This document shows positions 1 through 12,068 of a DNA stretch of 64,000 nt, one piece after another. Positions within the stretch are counted from its first letter, which is position 1; each line of letters opens with the position of its first letter. The notes below the pieces were generated by a model. The model ran no database searches. It saw nothing but the letters and a program-made list of their open reading frames with translations, and was not told the origin of the DNA. A program made the position numbers and the translations under genes. The stretch covers positions 167,041 through 231,040 of the forward strand of contig CAVWBQ010000013.1 of the NCBI GenBank assembly GCA_963753225.1, in the 5' to 3' direction. The stretch comes from an uncultured Actinomycetota bacterium. GTDB lineage: Bacteria > Actinomycetota > Actinomycetes > Streptosporangiales > Streptosporangiaceae.

Positions 1-102
1 GACCCCTACGGCGCCGACCACGAAGTGGCCCCAGACGTCGGGAACGGGCGAGATATCGGGCTCGGCGGGCGCGGGTGCCTGCGCCGCGGCCGTCTCGGTC
101 AT
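1..102 (-). CDS. 5' end (34 codons) of an unidentified ORF that runs off the window; translationally coupled to trpC
   Basis: ATG at 102..100 overlaps the trpC TGA (ATGA at 99-102). Peptide is [34 protein letters not shown]. This position is where trpB or a small Trp-operon membrane peptide lies in actinomycetes, but the fragment is too short to decide. Confidence 0.3.
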   Translation of the reverse strand, partial: MTETAAAQAPAPAEPDISPVPDVWGHFVVGAVGV

Positions 103-908
103 CCGCGTTCTCCTCGCAGCGCGGGGTGCGACCCCGCGGTAACCAGGTCGGCGACGGCGCAGCGCGGGTCCTTCTCGGTGACCAGGCTCTCGCCGACCAG
201 CACCGCGTCCGCGCCGGAGGCGGCGTAGGCGAGCAGGTCGCGCGGACCGCGGACGCCGGACTCGGCGATCTTGACGATGCCGTCCGGGATCCGCACCGCT
301 ATCCGGCCGAAGATCCCGCGGTCCACCTTGAGCGTGGCCAGGTTGCGCGCGTTGACGCCGACGACGGTGGCGCCCGCGTCGAGCGCCCGGTCGAGTTCGG
401 GTTCAGTGTGCACTTCCACCAAGGGCAGCAGGCCGATCGAGGCGGCGCGCTCCACCAGCGAGACCAGCGCGCTCTGCTCGAGCGCGGCCACGATCAGCAG
501 CACCACGTCCGCGCCGTGAGCACGGGCCTCCCACAGCTGATAGGAACTGACCACGAAGTCCTTGCGCAGCACCGGGACCTGCACCGCACGGCGCACCGCG
601 TCCAGGTCGTCCAGGCTGCCGCCGAAACGCCGCGATTCGGTCAGCACGCTGATTATCTTGGCCCCGCCGGCCTCGTAGTCCGCGGCCAGCGCGGCCGGGT
701 CGGCGATGGCCGCCATCTGGCCCCGGGACGGGCTGGCCCGCTTGACCTCGGCGATCACGCTGACGCCCTCGGCCCGCAGCGCGGCCATGGCGTCCAGTGG
801 TGACGGCGCCTGCCGCGCCATCTCCTTCAGGTGGTCAAAAGAGACCCGCCGCTGCCGTTCGGCGAGATCGGCACGCACGCCGTCTAGGATCTCGTCGAGC
901 ACACTCAC
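99..908 (-). CDS. trpC: indole-3-glycerol-phosphate synthase
   Basis: C-terminal 269 aa of the 99..1400 track ORF ([15 protein letters not shown]...[10 protein letters not shown]...VLRKDF...VGVNARNL...IAESG) read as TrpC. GTG at 908 chosen as start. The upstream part of the track ORF is Arg/Gly-rich shadow overlapping the next gene. Confidence 0.93.
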   Translation of the reverse strand: MSVLDEILDGVRADLAERQRRVSFDHLKEMARQAPSPLDAMAALRAEGVSVIAEVKRASPSRGQMAAIADPAALAADYEAGGAKIISVLTESRRFGGSLDDLDAVRRAVQVPVLRKDFVVSSYQLWEARAHGADVVLLIVAALEQSALVSLVERAASIGLLPLVEVHTEPELDRALDAGATVVGVNARNLATLKVDRGIFGRIAVRIPDGIVKIAESGVRGPRDLLAYAASGADAVLVGESLVTEKDPRCAVADLVTAGSHPALRGERG

Positions 909-925
909 GCGGTTCGCTCGTCCCC

Positions 926-1702
926 TCAAATCGGTACTGTTGCGCCACTGATGGTAGCCCGGCCACTCGGGCGCCCGGGCGACTGCCCCCCTGAAATCGC
1001 GCCGGTGTCCCGATTTGTCCCCGGATCGAAGGCATAGCCGGCGCCGCGCACCGTCCTGATCGTGCCCACCCCCCCGATCTTGGCCCTGAGCTGGGCAATG
1101 ACCACGTCGACCGCCCGGTCGCCGGCCGCCTGACTGCCCGCGGCGGCGAGCAGCTGGCGGCGGGACAGCACGCGCCCCTGCTGGCCGAGCAGGGCCGCCA
1201 GGATGGCGGTCTCGGTCGCCGTCAGCTTCACGGGCTGGCCATCCGCCCGGCCGCAGCGGCCCGCGAGATCGAGCCGGAGCTCCCCGTCGGCCCGTTCGGC
1301 CGGTTCTCCGGCGTCCCCGGCCGGCCGCGGCACCGGCCCGGCCAGCACGTCGCGGACCATGGCCACCAGCTGACGCGGGCCGAAGGGCCGGCCCAGCCAC
1401 CGCCGCGGGCCGGCCGCCCCGCCGCGGGCCAGGCCGCGCGGCCGGGGGCCCTGCGGGCCGGCCACCAGGAAGATGACCGGGGTCCGCAGCGCGCGGCGGA
1501 TGCGCCGGGGGTCCAGGCCGGGCATGGTCAGGTCGAGCACGGCCACGGCGTCCGGGCCCGCGGTCAGCTCGGCCAGCGCCCGCTCAGGCGTGGTCACCAG
1601 CCGCACCGGCAGCCCGTCCCGGCGCAGGTAGCGGGCTGACATCTCGGCGACCTCGGGCTCGTGCTCGGCCAGCAGGACCGAGTTAGGTCCGGGTACCGTC
1701 AT
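926..1702 (-). CDS. OmpR/PhoB-family response regulator with a degenerate receiver domain (orphan; no kinase nearby)
   Basis: 258-aa ORF. The C-terminus has a winged-helix pattern ([13 protein letters not shown]...RVLSRRQLL...[12 protein letters not shown]...[11 protein letters not shown]). The receiver keeps the phospho-Asp context ([11 protein letters not shown]), but the acidic pocket reads LLAEHEP instead of DDE, and the conserved Lys position reads GRPF. Confidence 0.75.
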   Translation of the reverse strand: MTVPGPNSVLLAEHEPEVAEMSARYLRRDGLPVRLVTTPERALAELTAGPDAVAVLDLTMPGLDPRRIRRALRTPVIFLVAGPQGPRPRGLARGGAAGPRRWLGRPFGPRQLVAMVRDVLAGPVPRPAGDAGEPAERADGELRLDLAGRCGRADGQPVKLTATETAILAALLGQQGRVLSRRQLLAAAGSQAAGDRAVDVVIAQLRAKIGGVGTIRTVRGAGYAFDPGTNRDTGAISGGQSPGRPSGRATISGATVPI

Positions 1703-2336
1703 CGGCCGTCGGGTCGACGTCGCGGCTCAGCGACTCCCACATGCTGGCTGAGTCGGCGCCGCGCGGCCGGGCCGGGGCTGGCCGCTCGAAGCGCGCGGAC
1801 ATGACGGGCCAGCGCGGGCCACGCACGGCGGTGGCCACGCCGGCCAGCACGATCGCGACCGCGCCGGCGACGGCCGCCGCGCGCCAGGACACTCCGGCCA
1901 TGATCACCCGGCCGGGCCCGGCCACCACGATCTCGTGCACGGCGCCGCCGGAGGGCGCGCCGCTCGTCGTCGAGCCGCCCAGCGGGCCCGACAGCGCGCT
2001 GGCCCGCGCCGCGGCGAGGACGGCCGAGGTCCGCAGGCTAGCCAGGACGGCCACCGCGGCGGCCGCGCCGAGAACGGCCAGCAGGGCGCCGACGGCCCGC
2101 CTGATCACCGACCTGGTGGCGATCACCGCCGCCAGGCAGGCAAGCGCGGCTAGCCCGAGCGCGCTGGCCAGCGGGACGAGCTGCTGCCCGGTCACCGCGA
2201 TGTCCTGGGCGGGCAACGGCCGGGGCGGGGTGAAGACGGCGTGCGCCCAGGCCTGGCGGACGGCGAGCACGACCAGGACTGCGCCGGCCGCGCCGGCCAG
2301 CAGCGCCAGCATGAATTCCCTGCGTGTCGCCGGCAT
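1683..2336 (-). CDS. Trp-region conserved membrane protein (TIGR02234-like)
   Basis: Multi-TM Ala/Leu/Val-rich protein ending ...[15 protein letters not shown], typical of the membrane protein embedded in actinobacterial trp clusters. Start is ATG 2336, or GTG 2345 which overlaps the hisI stop (GTGA). Confidence 0.75.
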   Translation of the reverse strand: MPATRREFMLALLAGAAGAVLVVLAVRQAWAHAVFTPPRPLPAQDIAVTGQQLVPLASALGLAALACLAAVIATRSVIRRAVGALLAVLGAAAAVAVLASLRTSAVLAAARASALSGPLGGSTTSGAPSGGAVHEIVVAGPGRVIMAGVSWRAAAVAGAVAIVLAGVATAVRGPRWPVMSARFERPAPARPRGADSASMWESLSRDVDPTADDGTRT

Positions 2337-2341
2337 CGGGG

Positions 2342-2683
2342 TCACTGCTCCTTCAGCAGCACATCCGCGTCGAAGCAGGTCCGGTCGCCGGTGTGGCAGG
2401 CCGCGCCGACCTGGTCGACCTTGACCACCAGGGCGTCGCCGTCGCAGTCCAGCGCCACCGACTTGACCCACTGGTAGTGCCCGGACGTGTCGCCCTTGAC
2501 CCAGTACTCCTGGCGGCTGCGCGACCAGTAGGTGCACCGGCCGGTGATCAGGGTGCGATGCAGCGCCTCGTCGTCCATCCAGCCGAGCATCAGCACCTCA
2601 CCGGTGTTGTGCTGCTGCGCGATGGCCGCGACCAGGCCGGATGCGTCCCGCTTCAGCCGCGCCGCGATGGCAGGGTCAAGCAT
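2342..2683 (-). CDS. hisI: phosphoribosyl-AMP cyclohydrolase
   Basis: 113-aa C-terminal part of the 2342..3142 track ORF: [41 protein letters not shown]...[21 protein letters not shown]...[29 protein letters not shown] at 2683..2681. Confidence 0.95.
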   Translation of the reverse strand: MLDPAIAARLKRDASGLVAAIAQQHNTGEVLMLGWMDDEALHRTLITGRCTYWSRSRQEYWVKGDTSGHYQWVKSVALDCDGDALVVKVDQVGAACHTGDRTCFDADVLLKEQ

Positions 2684-2743
2684 CGGTTCCCCTCGTTTCC
2701 TCGAGACTTCAGCCAGGGTAGCAATGACGCCTAGGATCGGCGG

Positions 2744-3403
2744 GTGAGCTACTCCCGGGAAGAGCGCGGCGCGCTGTGCGCGCTGCTCGAAAAGACCGGC
2801 CCGGACGCGCCGACGCTGTGCGAAGGCTGGACCACCGGCGACCTCGCCGCGCACCTGGTACTGCGGGAGCGTCGCCTGGACGCCGCGGCCGGCGTGGCCG
2901 GCGGCCCGCTGGCCGGGTACACGGCCCGCGTACAGCAGCGGCTCAGGAGCCGGATCCCGTTCCCGGACCTGGTGCGGATCATCAGGTCGGGTCCGCCCGC
3001 GCTGTCGGTGATGGCGCTGCCCGGCATGGACGAGCGGGTGAACGCGGTGGAGTTCTTCGTGCACCACGAGGACGTCCGGCGCGCCGCGCCCGGCTGGGAG
3101 CCCCGCGAGCTCGGCAGCGGCGAATCGGACATGCTCTGGCACCGGCTGCGGATGGCGCGGTTCATGCTCCGCAAGGCGCCGGTCGGCGTGGAACTGGCCC
3201 GGGACGACATTGACGCTGGCATTGACACGGGCGCGGACGGCGCGTCCTACCGGATCACGGCGCGGAACGCTACGCCGGCGGTGACCGTGGTCGGCAGCCC
3301 GGCCGAGCTCACCATGTGGGTGATGGGCCGCCGGACCGCGGCGCGGGTGCGCATGGACGGCATCCAGGCCGCGGTGACCAAGCTCGCCGAGGCGAACTGG
3401 TAA
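2744..3403 (+). CDS. DinB/mycothiol-maleylpyruvate-isomerase-like metal-binding protein (TIGR03085-like)
   Basis: 219 aa. N-terminus [38 protein letters not shown] and later [11 protein letters not shown] are characteristic of this actinobacterial family. GTG start. Confidence 0.7.
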   Translation: MSYSREERGALCALLEKTGPDAPTLCEGWTTGDLAAHLVLRERRLDAAAGVAGGPLAGYTARVQQRLRSRIPFPDLVRIIRSGPPALSVMALPGMDERVNAVEFFVHHEDVRRAAPGWEPRELGSGESDMLWHRLRMARFMLRKAPVGVELARDDIDAGIDTGADGASYRITARNATPAVTVVGSPAELTMWVMGRRTAARVRMDGIQAAVTKLAEANW

Positions 3404-3406
3404 ACG

Positions 3407-3760
3407 CTAGCTGCCCATCTCCCGCTTGAGCCGCGCCAGTTCGTCGTCTACGTCGTGGGTGGCGGGCCGGACCGGGGACGGCGGCGGCGGCGCGGCGGGC
3501 TCGACGTCAGCCCGCGGCAGCGGCCTGCTGTACTCCTCGTGGTCGCGGTCGCGAACCTCGCGCTCGGCCTTGGAACCCGAGACCTGCCGCCGGGAACGGG
3601 CCACCTTGATCGCCACCGCGATCGCGCCGACCACGAGCGCGGCGATCACTAGCTTGGTCACCGCGCCGATTATGAAGCCGATCACCGATCCGGCGATCAG
3701 GAACGCGATCAGTATGCCGGCCCCGATGGCGGCGATCTTGAACCAGCGCATCCGCCGCAT
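3407..3760 (-). CDS. small membrane protein with a charged C-terminal tail
   Basis: 117 aa. N-terminus has two hydrophobic helices (WFKIAAIGAGILIAFLIAGSVIGFIIGAVTKLVIAALVVGAIAVAI), followed by a charged/Pro-rich tail. No family recognised. Confidence 0.5.
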   Translation of the reverse strand: MRRMRWFKIAAIGAGILIAFLIAGSVIGFIIGAVTKLVIAALVVGAIAVAIKVARSRRQVSGSKAEREVRDRDHEEYSRPLPRADVEPAAPPPPSPVRPATHDVDDELARLKREMGS

Positions 3761-3859
3761 CCTCTCTCGACAAGGGAACTTCCCTCTCTCGCGATATTAC
3801 CCGACCTGGCTCGCTCCGGCAGAGCGCCAGGCGCGCCGCGCGGGGCAGACCGTTACGCT

Positions 3860-4642
3860 GTGGCCATGCACGCACTCGGGATTGACATCGGCGGTTCCGG
3901 CATCAAGGCAGCGCCGGTGGACGTGAGCACGGGCAAGCTCCTGGCCGACCGGCAGAAGCTCGCCACGCCGCGCCCGGCGCTGCCGGACGCCGTCGCCGAC
4001 GTGGTGAAGCAGCTCACCACCTCATTCAGCTGGTCCGGGCCCATCGGCATCACCTTCCCCGGGGTAGTTACCGACGGTGTGACCAGGACCGCAGCGAACC
4101 TGGACCCGGCGTGGATCGGGGCGGACGCGGGCGCGCTGTTCCGCAAGGCGGCCGGCAACCCGGTCCGGGTGCTGAACGACGCCGACGCGGCCGGCGTGGC
4201 CGAGATGACGTTCGGCGCGGGAATGGGTCAGAAGGGCACCGTGCTGATGCTGACGTTCGGCACCGGGATCGGCAGCGCGCTTTTCACCGGCGGCCTGCTG
4301 GTGCCGAACACCGAGTTCGGGCACATCGAGATCCGCGGGCACGACGCGGAGACGCGCGCATCCGAGCGCGCCAAGGAACTGCACGACCTGAGCTGGGGCA
4401 AGTGGGCGGGCCGGGTCGACGAATACCTCCAGCACATCGAGGCGCTGCTGTCGCCGCACCTGATCATCGTGGGCGGCGGGATCAGCAAGCAGTCGGAAAA
4501 GTGGGTGCCGCGGCTGACCGGGATCAGGGCCAGGGTCGTGCCGGCGGCGCTGCTCAACGACGCCGGCATCGTCGGCGCCGCGATGGCCACCTCCGCCGGT
4601 ATCGCGCCGGATACCTCAGGCGCGACCGGAACCGGCAGTTAG
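3860..4642 (+). CDS. ppgK: polyphosphate glucokinase (ROK family)
   Basis: 260 aa: [16 protein letters not shown]...GITFPGVV...LNDADAAG...[12 protein letters not shown]...NTEFGHIEI...IVGGGISK. Confidence 0.88.
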   Translation: MAMHALGIDIGGSGIKAAPVDVSTGKLLADRQKLATPRPALPDAVADVVKQLTTSFSWSGPIGITFPGVVTDGVTRTAANLDPAWIGADAGALFRKAAGNPVRVLNDADAAGVAEMTFGAGMGQKGTVLMLTFGTGIGSALFTGGLLVPNTEFGHIEIRGHDAETRASERAKELHDLSWGKWAGRVDEYLQHIEALLSPHLIIVGGGISKQSEKWVPRLTGIRARVVPAALLNDAGIVGAAMATSAGIAPDTSGATGTGS

Positions 4643-4661
4643 CCTGGTACGTTCCACCATC

Positions 4662-5432
4662 GTGTCGAAGAGCAACAGGGCCAGGCAGGAGCGCGCACGG
4701 GAACGGATCGCGCAGATCCGGGCCGAGGAAGCCAGGCGCAGGCGCCGACGGCTGTGGCTGTCCGGCGGGGGTGCGGCGGTCGTGGTCATCGGACTCGTCG
4801 TGGGCCTGGTGCTCGCGCTGTCCGGGGGCGGCGCCAAGGCCACCGGCCCGCCGCACCTGAAGCCGCTCAGCTCCCTTGGCTCGCTCGGGCCGGCGCCCGC
4901 CGCCGGGCCGCAGGGGCCCGAGCAGGTGCCGGTGCCGGCCGCCGCCGCGCTGGCCAGCACCGCCACCGCGGTCACCGGCCAGGCCAAGGACGGGATCAGC
5001 TGCCAGTCCAGCGAGCAGACCCTTTTCCACATCCACGCCCACCTGACCGTCTTCGTGAACGGCTCGGCCCGGCAGATCCCGGCCGCCATCGGCATCCCGG
5101 GAGCGGTGGCCCAGTCAACCCCGGCGGGCTCCTTCGTCGAACAGGGGACCTGCTTCTACTGGCTGCACACGCACGCCGCCGACGGCATCATCCACATCGA
5201 GTCCCCTGTGCACCGGTCCTACACGCTGGGCAATTTCTTCGACGAGTGGGGCCAGCCGCTCAGCCCCAGCCGGGTCGGCCCCGCCAGCGGGCACGTCGTG
5301 GCGATCTACAACGGCCAGGTCTTCCAGGGCGACCCGCGGAACATCCCGCTTACCGCACACGCCCAGATCCAGCTGGAGGTGGGCACCCCGCTGGTCGCGC
5401 CGGAGCGCATCACGTTCCCGGCCGGGTTGTGA
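4662..5432 (+). CDS. membrane-anchored hypothetical protein
   Basis: 256 aa with GTG start. It has an Arg-rich N-terminus, one TM helix (AAVVVIGLVVGLVLAL), and an extracytoplasmic domain with His-rich motifs (FHIHAHLTVFVNG, CFYWLHTHAADGIIHIE). Confidence 0.6.
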   Translation: MSKSNRARQERARERIAQIRAEEARRRRRRLWLSGGGAAVVVIGLVVGLVLALSGGGAKATGPPHLKPLSSLGSLGPAPAAGPQGPEQVPVPAAAALASTATAVTGQAKDGISCQSSEQTLFHIHAHLTVFVNGSARQIPAAIGIPGAVAQSTPAGSFVEQGTCFYWLHTHAADGIIHIESPVHRSYTLGNFFDEWGQPLSPSRVGPASGHVVAIYNGQVFQGDPRNIPLTAHAQIQLEVGTPLVAPERITFPAGL

Positions 5433-5440
5433 GCCGGACC

Positions 5441-6202
5441 CTAACGGACCGGGTGGCCCGCGCCGCGCAGCGCGGTCTTGACCTGCCCGATGCGCAGCGC
5501 GCCGAAGTGGAACACACTGGCCGCCAGCACCGCGTCCGCGCCCGCCTCCACGGCCGGGGCGAAGTGCGCGAGCGTGCCCGCGCCGCCGCTGGCGATCACC
5601 GGGACGGTTACCACGGCGCGCACCGCGCGGATCAGCTCCAGGTCGAAGCCGGAGGTGGTGCCGTCCGCATCCATCGAGTTCAGCAGGATCTCCCCCGCGC
5701 CGAGTTCGGTGGCCCGCCGGGCCCAGTCCACCGCGTCGATCCCGGTGCCGGTCCGGCCGCCGTGCGTGGTCACCTCGAACCCGCTGGCAGGACCATCGGC
5801 ACGGCGCGCGTCGATGGACAGCACCATGCATTGCGACCCGAACCGGCCGGCCGTCTCGGCCAGCAGGCCTGGCCGGGCGATGGCGGCGGTGTTGAGCGAT
5901 ACCTTGTCCGCCCCGGCCCGCAGCAGCCGGTCCACGTCCGCCACGCTGCGCACGCCGCCGCCCACGGTAAGCGGGATGAAGACCTGTTCGGCGGTGCGCC
6001 GCACCACGTCGTACATGGTGTCCCGGCCGCCGCTGGACGCGGTGATGTCCAGGAACGTGAGCTCGTCCGCCCCTTCGGCGTCGTAGAACGCGGCCAGTTC
6101 CACCGGGTCGCCGGCGTCACGCAGCTCCCGGAAGTTGACCCCCTTGACCACCCGGCCGCAGTCCACGTCCAGGCAGGGAATGACCCGCACGGCGACGCTC
6201 AT
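5441..6202 (-). CDS. hisF: imidazole glycerol phosphate synthase, cyclase subunit
   Basis: 253 aa starting [24 protein letters not shown]...[11 protein letters not shown]...[10 protein letters not shown]...[10 protein letters not shown]...ASGGAG. ATG 6202 overlaps the priA stop (ATGA). Confidence 0.95.
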   Translation of the reverse strand: MSVAVRVIPCLDVDCGRVVKGVNFRELRDAGDPVELAAFYDAEGADELTFLDITASSGGRDTMYDVVRRTAEQVFIPLTVGGGVRSVADVDRLLRAGADKVSLNTAAIARPGLLAETAGRFGSQCMVLSIDARRADGPASGFEVTTHGGRTGTGIDAVDWARRATELGAGEILLNSMDADGTTSGFDLELIRAVRAVVTVPVIASGGAGTLAHFAPAVEAGADAVLAASVFHFGALRIGQVKTALRGAGHPVR

Positions 6203-6927
6203 CGCGAGGCGGCCTCCGCCAGCGCTTCCTCCAGGGTGAACGCGCCCTCGTAGAGGGCGGTGCCGACGATCGCGCCCTCCACTCCGAGCGGGACCAGCTC
6301 CGCGATCGCCCGCAGGTCGGCCAGGCTGGCGACTCCCCCGCTGGCCACGACCGGCGCGGACGTATGCGCGCACACCCGGCGCAGCAGCGCGAGGTTCGGG
6401 CCGCGCAGCGTGCCGTCCTTGAGCACGTCGGTCACCACGTACCTGGCGCAGCCCTCGCGGTTCAGCCGGGCCAGGGTGTCCAGCAGGTTCCCGCCCTCGG
6501 CGGTCCAGCCGCGGGCGGCCAGCCGGGTACCGCGCACGTCCAGGCCGACCGCGATCCGGTCCCCGTGCCGGGCGATGACGTCGCCCACCCAGTCCGGGTT
6601 CTCCAGCGCCGCGGTGCCGATGTTGACCCGGGCGCAGCCGGTGCCGAGCGCGCGAGCCAGTGATTCGTCGTCCCTGATGCCGCCGGACAGCTCCACCTGG
6701 ACGTCGACCTTGCGCACCACGTCGGCCAGCAGGTCCGCGTTCGACCCGCGGCCGAACGCCGCGTCCAGGTCCACCAGGTGGATCCAGGAGGCCCCGGCCC
6801 GCTGCCAGGCCAGGGCGGCCTCCATCGGGTCGCCGTACTGGCCGCCGCTGCCGGCCACGCCCTGGACGAGCTGGACCGCGTGCCCCTCGGTGACGTCGAC
6901 GGCGGGCAGCAGCGTCAGCCCGGTCAC
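6199..6927 (-). CDS. priA: bifunctional HisA/TrpF-type phosphoribosyl isomerase
   Basis: 242 aa: [20 protein letters not shown]...[11 protein letters not shown]...VELSGGIRD...[11 protein letters not shown]...[11 protein letters not shown]...VVASGGV. GTG 6927 overlaps the hisH stop (GTGA). Confidence 0.9.
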   Translation of the reverse strand: MTGLTLLPAVDVTEGHAVQLVQGVAGSGGQYGDPMEAALAWQRAGASWIHLVDLDAAFGRGSNADLLADVVRKVDVQVELSGGIRDDESLARALGTGCARVNIGTAALENPDWVGDVIARHGDRIAVGLDVRGTRLAARGWTAEGGNLLDTLARLNREGCARYVVTDVLKDGTLRGPNLALLRRVCAHTSAPVVASGGVASLADLRAIAELVPLGVEGAIVGTALYEGAFTLEEALAEAASR

Positions 6928-7556
6928 GAGAGCGTCTCCAGCCAGTTGGCGAGCAGGGCGGCGCCGGCGTCGCCCGACTTCTCCGGGTGGAACTGCGTCG
7001 CGGCCAGCACCCCCTGCTCGGCGGCGGCGGCGAACGGCTCGCCGTGCTCGGCCCAGGAGATCAGCGCGCCCGCCGCGGCGAGTTGCTCCGCGCCGGGCGC
7101 GCGCAGCGCGTAGGAGTGCACGAAGTAGAACCGCGTCTCCGCCGGGATCCCGGCGAACAGCGCCGAGCCGGGCGCGGGCGTCACCGTGTTCCAGCCCATG
7201 TGCGGCAGCACGCCCGCGTCGAGCCGCTCCACCGTGCCGGACCACGCCCCGCAGCCGTCGGACGCCACCCCGTGCTCCACCCCCGCCTCGAACAGCACCT
7301 GCATGCCGACGCAGATGCCGAGCACCGGCCGTCCGAGCTCGAGCCGCCGGGCGACCAGCTTGTCGCCGCCGACCGCGCGCAGCCCGGCCATGCAGGCCGC
7401 GAACGCGCCCACCCCGGGCACGGCCAGCCCGTCGCAGTCCAGCGCGGCGTCTGGGTCCGCGGTCACCTCGACCCGCGCGCCGACCCGCTCCAGCGCGCGC
7501 TGCGCCGAGCGCAGGTTCCCCGACCCGTAGTCGAGCACCACCACGCGGGTACTCAT
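6924..7556 (-). CDS. hisH: imidazole glycerol phosphate synthase, glutamine amidotransferase subunit
   Basis: 210 aa: [19 protein letters not shown]...VPGVGAF...[10 protein letters not shown]...HMGWN...YFVHSY...TQFHPEKSG. Confidence 0.95.
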   Translation of the reverse strand: MSTRVVVLDYGSGNLRSAQRALERVGARVEVTADPDAALDCDGLAVPGVGAFAACMAGLRAVGGDKLVARRLELGRPVLGICVGMQVLFEAGVEHGVASDGCGAWSGTVERLDAGVLPHMGWNTVTPAPGSALFAGIPAETRFYFVHSYALRAPGAEQLAAAGALISWAEHGEPFAAAAEQGVLAATQFHPEKSGDAGAALLANWLETLS

Positions 7557-8142
7557 GCGAGCACCCCCTTCGTGCTGGGGATGCCGCCGGCCCGCGGATC
7601 CGGCGCCGCGGCCGCGCGCAGTGCCCGGGCGACCGCCTTGAACTGGGCCTCCACGATGTGGTGCGGGTTGCGGCCCTCGATCACCCGCACGTGCAGGCAG
7701 ATCCCCGCGGCGAACGCGAGCGACTCGAAGATGTGCCTGGTCAGCGTGGTGTCGTAGGTGCCGATCAGCGGGGCCATGCCGTCCGGTTCGTGGTGCACTA
7801 CGTACGGGCGCCCGGACAGGTCCAGCGCGGCCTGCACCAGCGTCTCGTCCAGCGGGACCAGCGCGTTGCCGAACCTGGCGATGCCGGACTTGTCGCCCAG
7901 TGCCTCCCTGAGCGCCTGGCCCAGGGCGATGGCGGTGTCCTCCACCGTGTGGTGCGCGTCGATCTCGACGTCGCCCTTGGCCCGCACGGTCAGGTCGAGG
8001 CTGCCGTGCTTACCCAGCTGGGCGAGCATGTGGTCGAAGAACGGCACGCCGGTACCGACCTCGACCACCCCGATGCCGTCCAGGTCGAGTTCCACCATGA
8101 TCTGCGTCTCGCGGGTGAGCCGTTCCACCCGCGCCACCCTGT

Positions 8143-8146
<4 letters not shown>
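7553..8146 (-). CDS. hisB: imidazoleglycerol-phosphate dehydratase
   Basis: 197 aa: [14 protein letters not shown]...[14 protein letters not shown]...[14 protein letters not shown]...[18 protein letters not shown] overlaps at both ends. Confidence 0.95.
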
Positions 8147-9218
<1,072 letters not shown>

Positions 9219-9222
<4 letters not shown>

Positions 9223-10541
9223 GATTGACCGCGCACCCTGACGGCCTGGACGTGCGCCGCCAGGTCCTCGGCTCCGCCGAGCGCGTCGATCAGGGGCGCG
9301 GTGGCGGCCAGCGTCTCGCGGTCGCACTCGACCACGTTCACCAGCCGGAGGAAGGGGAACACGGACAGGCCGCTGGTGTGCCGCGCGGTCCCGCCGGTGG
9401 GCAGCACGTGGTTCGAGCCTGCCAGGTAGTCGCCGAGCGAGACCGGCGCGTACGGGCCGGCGAACACCGCGCCCGCGTTGGTCACCCGGGCCGCCAGCTT
9501 GGCCGCGTCCCTGGCCTGGATCTCAAGGTGCTCGGGCGCCCAGGCGTCGCTGACGGCGAGCGCGGCGTCCATGTCGTCCACCAGGACGCACGCGGACTGG
9601 CCGTTGAGGGCTTTCTGTACCCGCTCGCGGTGCCGGGTGGCGGCTACCTGGTCGCGGAGCTCGGCGTCAACGCGGTCCGCCAGGGCGGCGGCGGTGGTGA
9701 CGAGCAGGCACGCGGCGAGCTCGTCGTGCTCGGCCTGGGCGACCAGGTCGGCCGCGACGTGCCGGGGGTCGGCGGTGTCGTCGGCGATGATCGCCACTTC
9801 GGTCGGGCCGGCCTCGCCGTCGGTGCCGACCACGCCGCGGAGCACCCGCTTGGCCGCGGCCACGTAGACGTTGCCCGGGCCGGTGATGACATCGGCCGGC
9901 GGGCAGTCTTCCGTGCCGTAGGCGAACATGGCCAGCGCCTGCGCGCCGCCCGCCGCGTGCACCTCGGTCACGCCGAGCAGCGCGCACGCGGCGAGTACGG
10001 AGGGGTGCGGCAGCCCGCCGTTGCTTTCCCGCGGCGGGGACGCCACCGCGATCGAGGCCACGCCCGCGGCCTGAGCCGGGACAATGTTCATCACCACCGA
10101 GGAGGGGTAAGCCACCAGCCCGCCGGGGACGTACACCCCGGCCCGGCCGACCGGGACGAAGCGGCCGGTGACGGTGAGACCCCCGGTGACCCGGGTGACG
10201 ATCTCGGCCGGGATCTGCGCGCCGTGCACCCGCCTGGTCCGGCGGGTGGCCTCCTCCAGGGCGGCCCTGACGTCCGGGTCGAGCCCGGCCAGCGCCGCCT
10301 CCAGGGCCTGTCGAGGCACCCGGGTGGTGGCCAGGTCCACGCCGTCGAAACGGGCCGTGTACTCGCGGACGGCCTCGGCGCCGCGGCTCCGGACGTCGTC
10401 GCAGATCGGGCGGACCAGCGCGACGGCCGCCTCGACGTCGGTCGCGGCCCGGGGCAGGACACCGGCTAGTTCGGTCCGGCTGAGGCTGGATGGCGGGCGC
10501 CCGCGCAGATCGATACGGCGCAGGTCGATAGGGGAAATCAC
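9219..10541 (-). CDS. hisD: histidinol dehydrogenase
   Basis: 440 aa: ...[12 protein letters not shown]...GVYVPGG...[14 protein letters not shown]...[11 protein letters not shown]...AQAEHD...APEHLEI...[14 protein letters not shown]. Confidence 0.95.
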
Positions 10542-10545
10542 CCGC

Positions 10546-11001
10546 CTAGTCTACGGAGAGTAGACCTTCTTCGGACGCCGGACGCCGGCCGCCGTACTCG
10601 GCCAGCAGCATGATCAGGCAGGTGAGGCCCGGCCAGAACGCCAGCGCGCTCTTGGCGCCCAGGGCCAGCGAGGCGCGGAAGGAGGCACCGTCCGGGCTCG
10701 CGGCGAGCAGGTGGTTGTAGGTGCCGAGCCCGATGTTCTCGCCGGTCCACAGCATGAGCAGGGAAGCCGCCACCGTGCCGAGGACCAGGCCGGCCGCCGC
10801 GGTCCAGCCCGCCCGGCGGACCAGCAGCCGGTAGCCCGCGATACCGGTGATCGCCCCGCCGATCGCCGCGATCAGGCAGAACCAGGCGTCGGCCACGATG
10901 AACGCGGCGCTCTCCGCGTTCACGAGCTGGGCCTCGCCGTGTCCAACCTCCTGCAGCAGCGCCCGAGGCGCCACCGCGGCCCAGATGAGCCCCGCGGCCA
11001 C
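10546..11001 (-). CDS. integral membrane protein, probably first gene of the his transcription unit
   Basis: 151 aa with 3-4 hydrophobic helices. Its stop lies only 4 nt upstream of the hisD start. No family recognised. Confidence 0.5.
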   Translation of the reverse strand: MAAGLIWAAVAPRALLQEVGHGEAQLVNAESAAFIVADAWFCLIAAIGGAITGIAGYRLLVRRAGWTAAAGLVLGTVAASLLMLWTGENIGLGTYNHLLAASPDGASFRASLALGAKSALAFWPGLTCLIMLLAEYGGRRPASEEGLLSVD

Positions 11002-11103
11002 GCCGAGTATCGCGCTGCCCGCCAGGGCCGCGGCGAACGCGGCCAGTCGCCCCTTCGTCGGGTACTCCTTATAGTCGATCGGCTCCGGGCACGATCGTAC
11101 CCG

Positions 11104-12048
11104 TCAGCCCCGCCCCGGTTCGATGGCGTGTACCTCGGGCAAGATCGCCGCGACCGCATCGAGGGTGGCCTCGTCCCACGCCTGCCGGGGGGAGACCAGG
11201 GCGTGGTCGATCCCGGCCGCGGCCAGCTCGCGCAGGCGGGCCAGGAACGCGGCCGTGCCCGCCTTGGGGTCCTCGCCGAAGTCGAAGTTGCTGGTGACGG
11301 TCTTCTCGATGGCGGCGAAGTCGCGGCCGGCCCGCGCACAGTGCCCGCGGAGCACGTCCAGCTTGCGGACGATGTTGTCGCGGAACTCCGGGGTGGGCAG
11401 GTCGAACAGGTTGCACGCGTCGGCGTACTGCGCCACCAGCCGCAGGGTCTTGCCCTCCCCGCTGCCGCCGATCAGGATCGGCGGGTGCGGCCGCTGCAGG
11501 GAGTTCGGCGAGTTGAGCGGGCGGACCAGCTGGTAGTGCCGCCCCTGGTAAGGGCGCTCGTCACCGCGCCACATCTGGTGCGCGATCTGCAGCACTTCCT
11601 CCAGCCGCTCGAAGCGCTCGGCCAGCGAGGGGAAAGGGATGCCCAGGCCCTCCGCCTCGAAGACCGTGCCCATTCCCGGGCCCGGCGCGGCCGGCGCGGG
11701 GTTGAACGGCGCTCCGGCCCCCACGCCGAAGATCACCCGGCCGCCGGTCAGCACGTCGAGCGCGGTCACGGTCTTGACCAGCACCCCGGGGTGCCGGTAG
11801 GCCACCGACGTCACCAGCGTGCCGAGCTTGATTCTCTTGGTCAGGCCGCCCAGGAAGGCGAGCGTCGCGTACGCCTCGGGCATGGGCGACTCGGCCGGAA
11901 GCCCGGACAGCCGGATCTGGAAGAAGTGGTCCATCACCCACAGGCTGTCCAGGCCGGCGTCATCGGCCGCCGCGGCGATCCCGGACACGACCGGGCCGAT
12001 CTGCTCCGCCGGCCAGGGAAAGGTGGTGATGCCGATGCCGAGTTTCAT
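11104..12048 (-). CDS. LLM-class (luciferase-like) F420-dependent oxidoreductase
   Basis: MKLGIGITTF...DSLWVMDHFFQ...PEAYATLAFLGGLTKRIKLGTLVTSV.YRHP..L.K.V.ALDVL..GR..FGVGAG. ATG 12048 is preceded by GGAGG at 12058..12054. Confidence 0.85.
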   Translation of the reverse strand: MKLGIGITTFPWPAEQIGPVVSGIAAAADDAGLDSLWVMDHFFQIRLSGLPAESPMPEAYATLAFLGGLTKRIKLGTLVTSVAYRHPGVLVKTVTALDVLTGGRVIFGVGAGAPFNPAPAAPGPGMGTVFEAEGLGIPFPSLAERFERLEEVLQIAHQMWRGDERPYQGRHYQLVRPLNSPNSLQRPHPPILIGGSGEGKTLRLVAQYADACNLFDLPTPEFRDNIVRKLDVLRGHCARAGRDFAAIEKTVTSNFDFGEDPKAGTAAFLARLRELAAAGIDHALVSPRQAWDEATLDAVAAILPEVHAIEPGRG

Positions 12049-12068
12049 GGATGCCTCCACATGGCCAT

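Noticed and set aside
4754-6253. 499-aa plus-strand ORF spanning the hypothetical gene and hisF
   Set aside because: It is out of frame with the plausible 4662..5432 product and antisense to hisF. Its Arg/Gly/Pro-rich composition is that of a shadow ORF.
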